A stretch of DNA of 64,000 nt from Camelus dromedarius (Eukaryota). A program made the translations under genes and the position numbers. Shown here piece by piece: positions 50,911 to 63,575 of this stretch (its first letter is position 1; the number at the start of each line of letters is the position of its first letter). The notes under the pieces are model-generated. The model was not told where the DNA came from and searched no databases. It was given only the letters and a program-made list of their open reading frames with translations. The stretch is taken from positions 82,648,001 to 82,712,000 of the forward strand of contig NC_087437.1 in NCBI RefSeq assembly GCF_036321535.1, in the 5' to 3' direction.

Positions 50911-52239
50911 CATTGGATCAGGGTAGCCTGTGGACGCTTCTGTAGCAGTATTCATTACATTTATAGTATTAGTCATTTAATGTCTGTAATGTTTGGTATC
51001 TATCTTATCATTAAATTACAAGCACACAGCAACTGGAACAGTGTTGCTCAGTGCCCACTGTGGACAGAACACGGAGAAGAACTGGCAAGAAGAGAGACTG
51101 GGGAGAGGAAGATCAGTTGGGGAACATTCAGTAATTCAGTAATGGCAAAAGTTCAGATTTGAATGCTCCAGGTGGAAATGGTGAGGTTAAGAGGAAGGAA
51201 AGAAAGAATCTTTCTTGAAAGAAAGAATCTTTCTTTTAAGAAAGAATTGGAAGAATAGATGAATGATTAGGCGTGAGTGATAATTGAAAGCAAAATATCA
51301 GGAAAAACTTAGAGACTTGGGCAATCTGAAATGGAACAAACAGATGCTTTTCTTTTTAATTGTATTATTTACAGTCCATTTATGCACAAATTTATTTGAG
51401 ATAATTTAAAATCAAAGACATTTAAAATAGAACTTTAAATTACAAAGGATTAAGTATCAAATAATGTGAACAGTCAAAAATAGATCATGTTTGCCAGCAT
51501 GCAAAGATAAAGATAAGTGCTGTAATTTAATATAAAATATAAATCTGGGTTTTCCTAGAGCCAGGGCACAAAGTAAAACATAAACATGATTGGTCTCCAT
51601 TTTTGATGAGCTCTTCATGCTATTTTCTTCAGAGTTATTTTGTTATTAATATTTTTAATTTTTGTTATTTCTTTCATCAGGAAAGACAGATTTTCCTGGA
51701 ACTGAACTCTAATAAGATTGCATCCAAATGATTCTTAAAAAACATCAAATTACAGTGCACCAGGTTTTCAGTAGTTACTTTATGAAGGTGCTGTCTTTCA
51801 GATGACCCTTTTTATGTAAGTCTGATTAATTAGAGAATCACAGGGCTGTGAAGCTATCTAGATAGCAGTGATTCTCAGCTGTGTGAGGGGCTGCTGATGT
51901 GTGTCAGACGTTTTGATCTATGTACACACCCTCTTGCTCACGAGGCCAGTGAAACAGTAGTGTTCCAGTGGATAAATGCGTTATCACTAGATATCTGTGG
52001 AAGTGTGTAGTGGTGATACAGAGAATCCTCTTTCCATCAGTTTGTACAATTCTAAACAGAAATTTTCCTATTAAACTCAGATGCTATTTTCCTAATTTGC
52101 TTCTGGGTCTTAAATGACATTTACTGTAGTCAATTACATTTAATGTAGTTTAATGGGAAATGTTACCGATGGAAGAGTGTTACATGTGTAAACAGAAAAC
52201 CATCCAAGTGGTGTCATCCTTTCTTGCATAGGAGATACC

Positions 52240-52440
52240 ATTTTGATCTAGTTAAAACCTAGGCCTTGGATTCACTAGCTCTGAACCCAAATTCTGTCTC
52301 TGCTATTTTCCGCTATTTCACCTCTGAAAGGGAATTAATGAGACCTAGCACACAAGGCTATTGAGAAGTTTAGAGACAATATATAGCCTATTCTCAGCAA
52401 AAGATCTGTCACGTAATTGGTGCACAATAACTTATTATCA
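52240..52440 (+). mobile_element. MIR fragment
   Basis: 'ctatttcacctctgaaagggaattaatgagacctagcacacaaggctattgagaag'. Confidence 0.5.
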
Positions 52441-53899
52441 AAAAGGATGAAGTGATTATATTGATATGTTATTCTTTAAGTCTTTGGAAAGACAAAAGTA
52501 TTGAAAGAATATTTGTCCCTTTTTCCCACTACTCCAAAAGTTTGTGATACTCCTTGATCTGAAAAAAGAATTAAAATAATTTAGTAGAATTATTATTAAA
52601 ATGGATTTGTAGATCAAGCTATGATCCACAGAAACCAAGCATCTTAGATATTTCTCAACCCATGACACTGTGCAGCACAATCAGATCGGTATTTCCAAAG
52701 GGCCATCAATAATGTGGTGATCTGATTTTTATCATTAAGCAGGACATCTGAACATTGCAATAATCTCTCGATAATTTCTCGCTGTAGCTTAATGTGGGTT
52801 TGGAACAAAAATTTTCCCCTCAAAGAGTCTCTAAAATTAGAGCTCCCCAGTTCTATAATCTGAGTATTGGCTGGCACATTGCTGACATTTAGAAAGAATG
52901 CAACTGCTGAATATCATGTGCAGTTTCTCAGATCACCAGTTTGGGGGATGGTTTGCATCATGTCCTAAGGAGAACATTTTTGGAAAAATGAAATGTTCTT
53001 TCTTCACAACTAGAGCCACCTAGTAAAATTCTAAGCCAGTGAGACTGTTATCTTTCATTGATTAAGTGCACTGTCACTAGATGTCCTTTTGGAGAGGAAG
53101 GGGTGGGAGTGGGGGGTGAGTTGGGAGCACGTGGAGCAGGGGAGGCACAGAGAATCCTCTTTCCACCAGCTTCTATAGTTCTAAGGAGATATTTTCTTAT
53201 TAAACTCAGATGTTATTTTTCTAATTTGCCTCTGGATTTTTAATGACATTTACTTCAACATGACATTTAATAGCTCTGTGAAAATAATAATAAAATTGAG
53301 CAGAAGGGAAGTATTTAGTAAGAAAAACTTGGACTTAAATTCATTTTCCCAGTCCCCTTCTTCTCTTTTGCCTTTTGTGTTTTGCCATGGACAATAATTC
53401 CAGTGTCCTAACAGTGAGAGCCATGGGAATAAGTCAAAATATAAATGATCTATATTTATTTGGGTAACGGCTGGAAGAAAGACAACATCCCATTTGAAGT
53501 TCATTATTAATTGAGATTAGATCTAAACCTTCCCAGTTAAAACTGATTTATGTGAGCTATTCTGCCTTCCAAAATCAGCTCGGCAAATTTATGATACTAT
53601 TGTTTGAGAATAGAGACATAATTTATTGAGACATTTCATTCTAACCCTGGGTTGGATCCACATACTTTTGTGTGCTAATTGTTCATTGGTAGGCAACAGA
53701 AACATTGAAGCTCAAGAATTAGGCATTGTACTTTATGGCCTACCTACCCATTCCTGTCTTCAGGGCAGACCCAGGCATGTATTGTGGCTACAGGATTCTC
53801 CTACCTCATGACAGCTATCGTCTGACTGCTGAGGTTACTGGCTAGTGTCGTCTTCTCCAGCCACACTTCTTTGAGTAGTGTCGCATACTCCAGATGACA

Positions 53900-54115
53900 T
53901 CACTGTTCCTTCTTACCCTCTAGTCATCTTCTTGAGCTTGAGTGCATAGATCCCAGCATACCTCCATGGTACCAGTTACTTCACTATGCTGTCATTGGAT
54001 TGACATCCATGTGCCTCTTTCAAATATGAGGTGTTTGAGGGTTCATATTCATTCTAGGATTCCCCAGCCTCACATAGTGCTTGGACATCCAGAAGGGTTC
54101 ATTATGTGTGGAAGG
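53900..54115 (+). mobile_element. L2 3' end fragment
   Basis: 'atatgaggtgtttgagggt..attccccagcctcacatagtgcttggacat'. Confidence 0.5.
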
Positions 54116-54205
54116 AAGGAAGATGGGAAGGAAGAAAAGTAGGAAGAAAGGAAGGGAGCATGGAAGAAAAGGAGCTAAGGGAGGGAGAAACAAAGGAAGA
54201 AAGGA
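54110..54205 (+). repeat. GA-rich low-complexity tract
   Basis: Degenerate (GGAA)n run. Confidence 0.85.
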
Positions 54206-56069
54206 TTCTAAGAGAAATACATCCTAAATAAATATTTATTAAGATAAAAACAGCTGTGGCCAACCTTCAAAGGTCAAAACCCCAAGGGATTTTTGAGTTT
54301 CTATATTTTTAAAAGACACATGGTAAAACAAAAGTTAAACTCTCAAAGATGAAATTTCAGGTTCTCTACTTAACTAGTGGAAAAATCATTCAGGGTGAGG
54401 AAGCCCTTTGAATGTCCCTTAAAATCACCCCATATTTAGGACCCTAAAGTAAATGAGTCCGAGTAGATGGGACCCTGCCTGTGTTCCCCATTCATATCTT
54501 TCTGTAGTGGAGTTTTCAGAAAGCTTGGAGAAGGGAACTATAAGGGTATTGATCATTACACAGAAGATGAACTAGCAAAGTCCTAAATGAACATAACAGA
54601 GCGATGAATGAGTGAATATTGGAAAGTCGAACTTCACATCAATGGAATTATTCTTGAGAAGTTCTGAAAAGTGGGGACTCTGAGTTCTCTGGCATTGTCT
54701 GGCTCAGCTGCCCTTTTCGTATTTATCCTTCTCATGCAGTCTCAGAAAAAGAGGTCTCTCTCTGTCCTGAAGATAAGCTTTCCTCTTGTCCCTTCAATTC
54801 CAACTCTTCTCATCTCTACAAATGCCTCTTTCCAGGAGTTAACACTTTGGGAAAGCTTTTTAGCACTTCCAGCTTCCCTCTCTAAACCAGCCTCTCTCCT
54901 CCCACTTTCACTCTCCAATCTCTTCCATCCAGAAACGTAAGCACTTTAGTGTAGCTGTTCCTTCTGTCAACCCACCCATCTCCCTCATCCACTTCTATTT
55001 TTTAACCAACCATTCCTTGTAGTGTGTTATTAAGCCCTCAAATCTACTGTAATGGATCTATAAAGCCAGCAATAATATCACTCTAAGCAAATCCAAATAG
55101 CTCATTTCAGTAACGTTTTACATATTTGACCATTCTTTTCTACCAGAGGCCATTGTCTTGGCTTTCCTTCCCATTTTGTTTCTTCTACCTTGCTAACCAA
55201 TTCATCTTTGTTTCAGTCCTCTTTCTCTATTTCCTTCACTGAAAGGATGATCTTCAGGCCTCTGTTTCTCTTCGTGTGTAATTTCCAGCATTCTCTGTAT
55301 ATCTAATCTCTGCCTCTTGCCTAACCTTACTACACATTTGAGTTGTAGACTGACTTGTTTTAGACATCTGAAGAGCTACGGTGAGGGGAGTGGGGAGACA
55401 CTAAGAGGAGTGGTGTGAACTGATGTGTCAGGAATGAAAGAGTGGTCCATGTCTTTATACTTGTTACTTCAAATGGAGTTGACTGATAATTAATGTCTCC
55501 CATTCTATGCCAAATGCTACATAAAATATAATGTTACAAAAGATAAAATGAAGACTACTCAGATATTTCTTTACACAACCTGTGCATATTAGCATAGTAC
55601 ATCCCCTCCGAAGTTCCTCATTTTGGGGGCTTAGAGTCATCACCTTCAAATCACCTTCAAAGTTAAGATACGTTTCTTCCAGCACCACTTTCTCCCACCT
55701 TTTCCACGTTTACTCTTCACACCGTAGTTGGGCTTTCATTGCCTGTTGCTTTGATTGTGTCAGTGGCTTCCTCTCATGTGTTCCTTTTCTTGTCTTTCCA
55801 TTTCCAATCCAGCCTCCGATGTACTGACTGATTTATCATTTTTAGAGAGATGCTTTCCACATTTTGTTCCATCTTAAGAACTGGAAATGGCCTTTTCTCA
55901 GGTCTAAGCTGAAGATATTTCTAAGTAATTTCTTTTACAATTTGGAGAAACAACATTTGTAGATAAGAGAGAATGTCTTAAAACATTTCACAAACCCTTT
56001 CAAAATAAGTTTATAGATAAGGTGAAGAAATGTAAGCTAGATTTTGGCAGAGTAAGAGGGATTTGTACC

Positions 56070-56450
56070 TGACCAAAGAGAACCTGTGTTTCAGGGCTCA
56101 TGTTTGGCCTTGTGCATGTGTTTATCAGTGACTCATATGAAGGCAAAAGCATGCTTATATAATCTTTAGAAAACCAATATTTTGGAGAACTACATCAACA
56201 GAATAGGAGTTCAAAACATTCTCTCTGAGCTTGAAAATATTGACTAATATTGACCTGAATTTTATGAAAAGGAAGTAAACTGAACTTAGAATAAGAAGAA
56301 AATCAGTTGTACAAGTTCAGGAAAGAAGGAATGTGGTTTAACAGCAGCACTTGTGAGAATATAAAAGATTTTAATTTTCAATGAGCTTAATACTAGTATA
56401 GGCCAATAACGTGACCTAGAAAATGGAATCTAAAGCTACCCTAATAGAAT
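56070..56450 (+). mobile_element. CR1/L3 LINE fragment (RT region)
   Basis: 'gtgtttcagggctcatgtttggccttgtgc..tttatcagtgactcatatgaagg' resembles the CR1 'VPQGSVLGP..FINDL' coding segment; also 'aaaatcagttgtacaagttcagg', 'tggtttaacagcagcacttgtgag'. Confidence 0.65.
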
Positions 56451-58994
56451 ATTGATTTTTTTTTTTTCTGTATAGAAGACACAAAACTAATTTAGTGGTC
56501 CCTAAGTTAAGAGATGAAGGTTGGTCTGTTTTTCTTCTAATGAAAGAATACTGATGTGGGTCCTGCATCTACCAGCAAAGAAAAGTGCCACAGGCTCCCT
56601 GTATCATCTTTCCTCTTGTTCCTATTACACTTCCTGGCTCCCAGTATATGTTCAGTACTTGTCACTTGAATAAACAAGTAACGGACAGGTGGTAATATAG
56701 CAGCAGACCTAAACCTACTGAGAACACAATTGACAATCTCACAAAAGCTGTAAATATTTAAATATTTCATATATATGTGTATGTAATGAGTGTGTGCACA
56801 AAATGAAGAAGGTCATGACCTGCTTTCAAAAAGATTACAAAAAGTAGGCGAGTATAGTTGACATGTTTAAGGAAAAATTTCTGACAGTTGAGGAAGCATA
56901 GAATATAAGAATGAGCAAGGCATGAGTGTTATCTATTTTGGCCACAGTTATAAATTTTATTCTGAAAGAGAGATTTCAATGTAATTGAGGCTGGTAAACA
57001 AAGGCTATTTTTCCCAGTTCCTGAAAACCTGACTTTTGTAAAGCCAAACTTAATGAAGCAGTGTAGTAAGGTAGAGCAACTCCAAAGCTGCATAGGAACA
57101 ACCATCTTCCCACTGAAGGTGAGCTTCCTGACCTTCCTCTAAGGAAAAAAACAGTAGAATCTCTCATTAAAATAAGGATTTAGTTGTATGGAACTATACT
57201 TTCTGAATATTGTTTATCAGTGGTGATGATGTGAGAATTTGGAGCAAGTCAAATGAACAAGTGTTTATTGAGTGCTTAAAGTTCCCTGCCTTCAAATAAA
57301 AGACTTGATATTTTCAAAGTTTTTGTGAAATAATGAGACAATGTGCTATATCAGGGGGAACTTCCAAGCTATTTACTTTCCAGCCAAGTGTATTCCAAAG
57401 TATATGCCAAATTATGGCACTTACAAAGGCAAAGATCTGAGGTTGACAAAAATTTTATGAGTACTGTAAAATAGAGATTTCTTAGAGGATAACTTAGTAA
57501 TCCTAGTATAGTAATAATAGGTATACCTCTTGACCCCAAGCAACAGAGATGATGTGTGAGCTTTAAACTCATGTGCCAACTCTGATTATTTGGTAGTAGC
57601 TGCTAAAAGTACTACAAAGAGATTCTGAAGCTGACTTTAAACAAACCAGGAGAAAATATCATATCAGTCATATCTGATATGAATGGAAAATCAACAGGAT
57701 ATTTCCTGTGGCGGTTCTAAACATGTGAGTAATGAAACCAACAAACATTCAAACATCCAAAAGCATCTTCTCATTTGCCAACCAGGCAAACCCTAGTTTA
57801 AAAAAAAGAGTAAATATGAAGAAGGATTTGACCTGGACCTATTTATAATACTTTCTCTTGAAACATTCTCTCCCCTCCCACCTCCACCACTCATGCCTAC
57901 TGGCTGACATCTCTAACTTCCAGTAACCCAACCAGAGAGTTTTGGGACTGGGGATTATGCTTCCAGGGTTTCCAATTAGTCTTCATTCAGGTGGGTATAC
58001 TTGTACCTCTGCCACCTCTCTGAAGGTGTTCTCTAAGATGATAGTTAGGTAAACTGATCTCCTTAAGACATTCTTGAATTTAAAGACTACTTAAATCTTA
58101 ATGCCATCCCCAGAACTCTTCCCCCTTCTAAATAATGTCTGCTTTTTGAGAGGCATTGCTTTCCCCTATCTGCTCCTCCTAATCTCACTACTTAACCCAG
58201 AGAAGTTAATCTAATAATAGAGCTTTATGGGTATTTCAAGGCAAGAAATGTCAGAATTTTTTCTTTTCCTCACCTTCATCTTTTCAACTGTACTTCTCCT
58301 GCGCCCATCAGGTTCCCAAATAAAATCTCCATACAGTAGCCAGAATGTAACAGGAGTACCATAACATTGCTTCCTCTGCCCAGTTCTAAACTTATGCTGC
58401 TCCTATGATTAATATGGGCAAATAATAAAGATAATGTCAAGTAAAGAGGCCAAGCAAGGAGAGTTCCATCTGGTAGGTTCTATCTGTTACCTTAGTTTAA
58501 AAGCTAAGTTACTATTTAAATGTAGGCATGGGAACATGATATTAACTCAAAATGCCTCTGAAGGAATATTTAGATCAAATGATTTGATCTTATTCTCTTA
58601 AATGATAAGAGAGTCTTATGAGAATAATTTATTTAATTATTATTAAGAGGAAATTGCTTGCTTGAGTATCATTTATCTCTCTTCTTTTTTGTTCTGTGTC
58701 TTTTCCCTCACTGTCTTGTATACGTGCATACTCTTTATGAAAGAATTTTCACATTCTAAAAAAAAGGCTCTGATACATATGCTTACTTTGTGAACCCATG
58801 TATAAAACATGAACCCAAGATAAGATACTTTTGGTTTTCTTTGCCACAAACAGAAATGACACTTACATATCTGTTTTATCCTTCTCAAGAAACACATCTT
58901 CATAACATGTCTACTGAGTTACTGTCACAGCCACTAGGGTCCCTTCTAAGGACAGGTACCACTCTGGCTGCCATGAAAATAGATATGGTAAGAC

Positions 58995-59332
58995 CCTAGG
59001 TTAATTCCCTGACATCACTTCTCTGAAAACCAGTTCACTGAAAAAATATTTGTTATGTTTTTCAGCTTTGTTTATTTGCCAAAAACATGTTTAAAGATAC
59101 TATTCTGAAAATATAGTCAAAGAATTTGAATATATATTTCTTAGGACTATATATATTCTTGAAAATTCACATAATATGTTCAGGAAGAGTATTTCTTAAA
59201 GAACTTCTTATGAATTGAATAAAAATAGCAAATGTGGTGAATTACTCATTTGGCATTTGATCCTTTGGCAAATGGGGATTTGGTGAATTGACTTTTGTCA
59301 AATCGATTTTGGGTGGATCATCTTGCTTCCAT
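58995..59332. mobile_element. Probable ancient non-autonomous DNA transposon with long degenerate TIRs
   Basis: The left end and the reverse complement of the right end share ~15-bp periodic 'aa.tcaattc.cc.aa'-type units; internal inverted repeat at 59128-59158. Confidence 0.5.
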
Positions 59333-59397
59333 ATAGCAGAGACCATTCTGTCAAACGTGATAGAAGAGTGTCAAACCAAGATTTATTTAAGAAAGGG

Positions 59398-59635
59398 CAG
59401 TGGTCTCAACCAAGGAAGATGATGCTCCCTAGCAGACGTTTGGCAACATCTGGAGACAATTCTGGTTGTCCCAACTTTTAAGGCTGTGAGGGAAGGGCTA
59501 CTGGCATCCAGCAGGTAAAAGCCAAGGACACTGCTAAATATCCTACAATGCACAGGACACTCCCATCATCCCCTGCCCACCATCAAAGAAGAATCTACCA
59601 CAAGATGTCAATAATGCCAAGGTTGAGAAACCCTG
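59398..59635 (+). mobile_element. MER20 hAT-Charlie MITE
   Basis: 'cagtggtctcaacc..gtttggcaacatctggagacaatt..gctactggcatccag..ctgctaaatatcctacaatgcacaggaca..gtcaataatgccaaggttgagaaaccctg'. Confidence 0.92.
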
Positions 59636-60859
59636 AGACATGAAAGACATCTCCCTCTAAATCTCTCCTTCATCTCTACAGCACCTTAGGTTCGGTGTCC
59701 CCATCACACAACCTTGAAACAGAATGATTTTATTTCAGTTGACTGGTCTTTGAGACTGGTAAGGACTTGGACTGTGGCAATGGGCAGGAAATAGATCGTG
59801 AGCAACTGTCTTTGGCTCTTGGGATTGACAGTCTTATACAACTTTTGTACACCTATCCCCAAGGGAAGCATGCCTAGAAACATGGCTGTAAAATCTAGAA
59901 TTCTCTTAGTCTCCCTGACCGTATATGGCTCTTTGAACAAAAATATGTGGTTTTTATAGGGTTTAAGAGGGAAATAGGTGTCTCTTTCCATGTCTTCCCC
60001 TCCATGTCATTCATAATACAAGTGTCCAAAACAGAAAGAATACTTGGGAAGGAACTAGAAGTGATTCATTTTCTCTCCTCTTCTCTTTTCTCCCTTCTCA
60101 TTCCTTCCTCTACTAACCACACAATTCCTTTCATAAAAAGGAATATCAGGCTCAAAAAGAGCTTACAGATTGTTCTAGCAAAAACACAGAACCAAAGAAA
60201 TAAGGGGAAAAACAAATAGAACGTGTAATTACTGTGAACATATTTTGGAACAGTTTTCAACAGTTCTGCAGTCCAGAAACAAACAGAACATGTAATTACT
60301 ATGAACACTGCTTGGAACTGTTTAAAACAGTTCTGCTCACTCAGAATAAAAGAATGTCCCTGTTTCCAAAGGCAAGAGTGTATCCTAATCCCTGATCCCA
60401 GTGGAGAGCCTTCACCAGGGTCTGTCCAGCAGGTTCTGGATGCTGCAGGTAGAAGCAACCATACAGCCCATTTCCTCCAGAGACCAGCTTTCCAGTTCTT
60501 TCCTGTTGCCTCCCAGGACCACCAGTCAAACATGGCCAGAGAAAAGAAACTTTTCTAGTATCTTGGGAGCAATTTTCTTCACTGCCCAGGAGTCAAAGCA
60601 AGAAAAACAGAAACAGAAAGCTGACTTTCATGGTGTTAGTGGAGGGAATAAATAGCTCGACTGAGTAGGAGAAAGTCCAGAGCCTCCCTTTACAGGGTTC
60701 AGAAACCCCAGAATGCCAGCTAGGATTTCCTAAGCTTAGAGTTCAGGATTAGAAGGAAATGGTCAGAAAACTGTAGGATAAATCAGTGGAGCAAGTGAGA
60801 AGACAGTGATGTCATCCTGACTTGTCTCTGGACTGTCTGAATGGAAGAACAAAGGATGA

Positions 60860-61030
60860 GGCAGAGTGTCAGAGTTGGAAAAGTCTTCAAAAATTGTCTA
60901 AATCTAAACTCCTCATTTTGAAGATGAGGAAATAGGTATCCTGAGGCTAAGACACTCATGTGTTTTCACCGCTAGTAAAAATCAAAAGCTAGCGTCTCCG
61001 CTTCCAAACTGGTATCCTTTTGACTCCATC
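60860..61030 (-). mobile_element. MIR fragment
   Basis: 'gtcagagttggaaaagtcttc..tctaaactcctcattttgaagatgaggaaatagg'. Confidence 0.65.
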
Positions 61031-62474
61031 ACTATCTGTGAACATAGAGCTACACCCCACATGCACTTGACTCAGTTATCGCCCATATCTTCACCATGGT
61101 TGTTTTGTAGGTTTGACAGTGTTTGGGATCTAACTAACACATGACAGTGTAAAGATAAAATATAAGGTAAAAGATATTAGCAAATTATATATGCAATTTA
61201 CTCAACAACATTCTGTAAAAACAAATCCAAGTTACTGACCTCATAGAAAATATCTAGGAATTTAGCATACAAATATTTTGACTCTTTTTTTTATGAGTTG
61301 GTCTTCACATTAGTACACTAGTAGCCTTCAGTACATGGTGTTAGTGCCTTAAACCAATTAAAAGATACATTTTTAAATGAAAAATTGTGATGTGAATTCC
61401 ACAAGACTAATGAGTCCATATGGAATGTATTGTTTAGTTGGGCAACTGATAGTGGTTGCAACACCTAGAATATTGTAAAAATATAATTATGACTGGGTTA
61501 AGTGTAGACAATCAGAATTGTGCCAGAACTGTCAACAGACAGTCATATGATCTTTCTTTAACAAGACTCATGAGATTATCCCCAGACTAACACCATATGT
61601 TCTCTTAGGCATGATAAAGAGTCTCTTTTTCCAATTTCATTCAGTTCTCTAAACAATAAAATTTAAATATTGGCTTCCCCAATTTTTAGCTGCCTTATTA
61701 TTACTTTCCAATGCCATTTCCGTCCCCTTCAAGGCATCCAAAAATGAATAGATTAACTTAGAACTAAATGTGTTCACCAAATTTGTTCATTGTCAGAATT
61801 CCTACAAAAATCTTACAGAAAGGAGTGACAGTCACAAATATTCTTTTATTTTTTAAAAAAATCTATCAACCAACTTATTTTCTTTGAGTTCTGAAAAAAA
61901 TGGCCAATTTACCTGGATGTCTTAATTAACCTATGGCAATGTTTTTTATGCACCTGGGTTCTTCTATTGCTCTGGAAGATACATAAGCAAAAACTAGCAT
62001 CTTTGTTGTGACCCTCAGAAGACATAGAAAACCTATCATTTCAAAAGAAAGATTACTTCATGAAACTGTAGCAAAGGTGCTGATAGCACCCTTTTCAGTA
62101 GCAAAATCAAGTGTTAGCTATAGTCTCAGGCAATGAACGGTGGTTTCCAAGAAAAAAAATCAAAGAGATTGAAACATTATTCTTCTCGCCAACACTGGCC
62201 CCACGGCACTCCTCATGCCCTCTCTACAAAAATGTGTGAGCTCAAGTGGGTAAACTATAAAGCCTTTTACTGACCTAAAAGACACTATTACAATCTCCCA
62301 TCCACACTTACCTAGATTTAGAAGGGCGTATGGAATTAGGATTGTCAGCAAGCCTCACAGGTGCCTTTAATAATTGTTGATACTCTGATGTCTCTGGAGC
62401 ATACAAAGATCAGGCCAAATAAGACTATAACATGGGCACTGTTATTTGTGCTGTTACTTGTGATCAAGTAATAT

Positions 62475-62762
62475 CAGGTAGTTTGCATGCCCCACAGGTG
62501 TCTCTTAATCAGTGGCTGAGCAGTGCATAATTATGAAAGCCCCAGCTCCCTTGTTCCACACGGGGGTAACTATAAGATATGACTTATGCTCCAGAGTTCC
62601 TCTGTGCACTCCAGCTATAAGACTTTGCTGGGTTTCTTCCCATTCCTGATCCTGCCTCTCCTGCTTCCTTCTCAATTTCCCTGGAAGACTGACTTCCTAA
62701 ATAAATTACTTACATACTGATGTATAACTCAGGGTTTGCTTCTGGGAAACCAATCTAAGGCA
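62475..62762 (+). mobile_element. ERVL LTR16-like solo LTR fragment
   Basis: 'aaagccccagctcccttg', 'ctccagagttcc', 'cctaaataaattacttacat..ctcagggtttgcttctgggaaaccaatctaaggca'. Confidence 0.75.
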
Positions 62763-62769
62763 TTTGCTC

Positions 62770-62965
62770 GCAGTTTTTAAATTGGTAGGTTTCACATAAT
62801 CTAGTTCTAGCTTTTCTTAAAATATGGAAAGTTCTGGCAAATGGAGCTAGAATCTTCATGTGCTAATAGTCAGTGTGATTTCTCTAGTTCTCCACTGCCT
62901 TCCCCTGCCAATCTCACTCATTCTGTCACTTGCCTGCTCTATTGGCATTTGGGTTTGCTGCTCAT
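62770..62965. mobile_element. MER102-like hAT fragment
   Basis: 'ttaaattggtaggtttcacataatctag..ttcttaaaatatggaaagttctggcaa..tgtcacttgcctg..ggcatttgggtttg'. Confidence 0.6.
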
Positions 62966-62989
62966 TTACTGGACCATAAGCCCCATGGA

Positions 62990-63472
62990 ATAAGCAGGAT
63001 AATGGCCCCGAAGATACCCATGCCTAACCCCCAGGACCTGGGAGTATATTACTTTACAAGGCAAAAGGGACTTTGCAGATGTGATTAAGGGCACAGACCT
63101 TGAGATGGGGAGAGTGACTTGAATATTCCAGGTGGCCCTAGTCTAAAAGCATGAGTTCTTAGAAGTGAAGAACCTTTCCCGAGCTGTAATCACTAGAAAA
63201 AGGTGACGAAGGACAAAGAGCGAGATATCACATTGTTGACGGAAGGTAGAGGAAGGGGGCCATGAGCCCAGCCTTTCGACCCTGGAAAAGGCAGGAAAAG
63301 GAATCGCCCTCGGGATTCTAGAAAGGAATACAGCCTTTCCAATAGCTCTGACTTTAGCCCAGTGAGACCCATGTTGGACTTCTGACCTCCAGAACTGTAA
63401 GATACTATATTTGTGTTGTTTTAAGCCACAAAGTTTATGGTAATTTGTTAAAGGCTATAGAAAACTGATACA
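62990..63472 (+). mobile_element. MaLR solo LTR (MLT1D-like) inserted in an L2 3' end
   Basis: 'ataatggccccgaagataccc..ggcaaaagggactttgcagatgtgattaagg..gacttctgacctccagaactgtaagat..tttaagccac..gaaaactgataca'. L2 resumes at 'ctccatgaggacagagatg'. Confidence 0.9.
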
Positions 63473-63575
63473 CTCCATGAGGACAGAGATGATGTCTGTC
63501 TTGGTTATCACTATATCCCTATCATCCACCACGTGCCTGACAGATGAAAAGTGTTAAGTGAATGTCAAATTAATA
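63473..63575 (+). mobile_element. L2 3' terminus
   Basis: 'ctccatgaggacagagatgatgtctgtcttggttatcactatatccc..cacgtgcctgacagat'. Confidence 0.7.

Noticed and set aside
60066..60655. Overlapping ORFs of 62-155 aa
   Set aside because: No recognisable domain, ORFs on both strands and overlap with a tandem duplication; consistent with chance.
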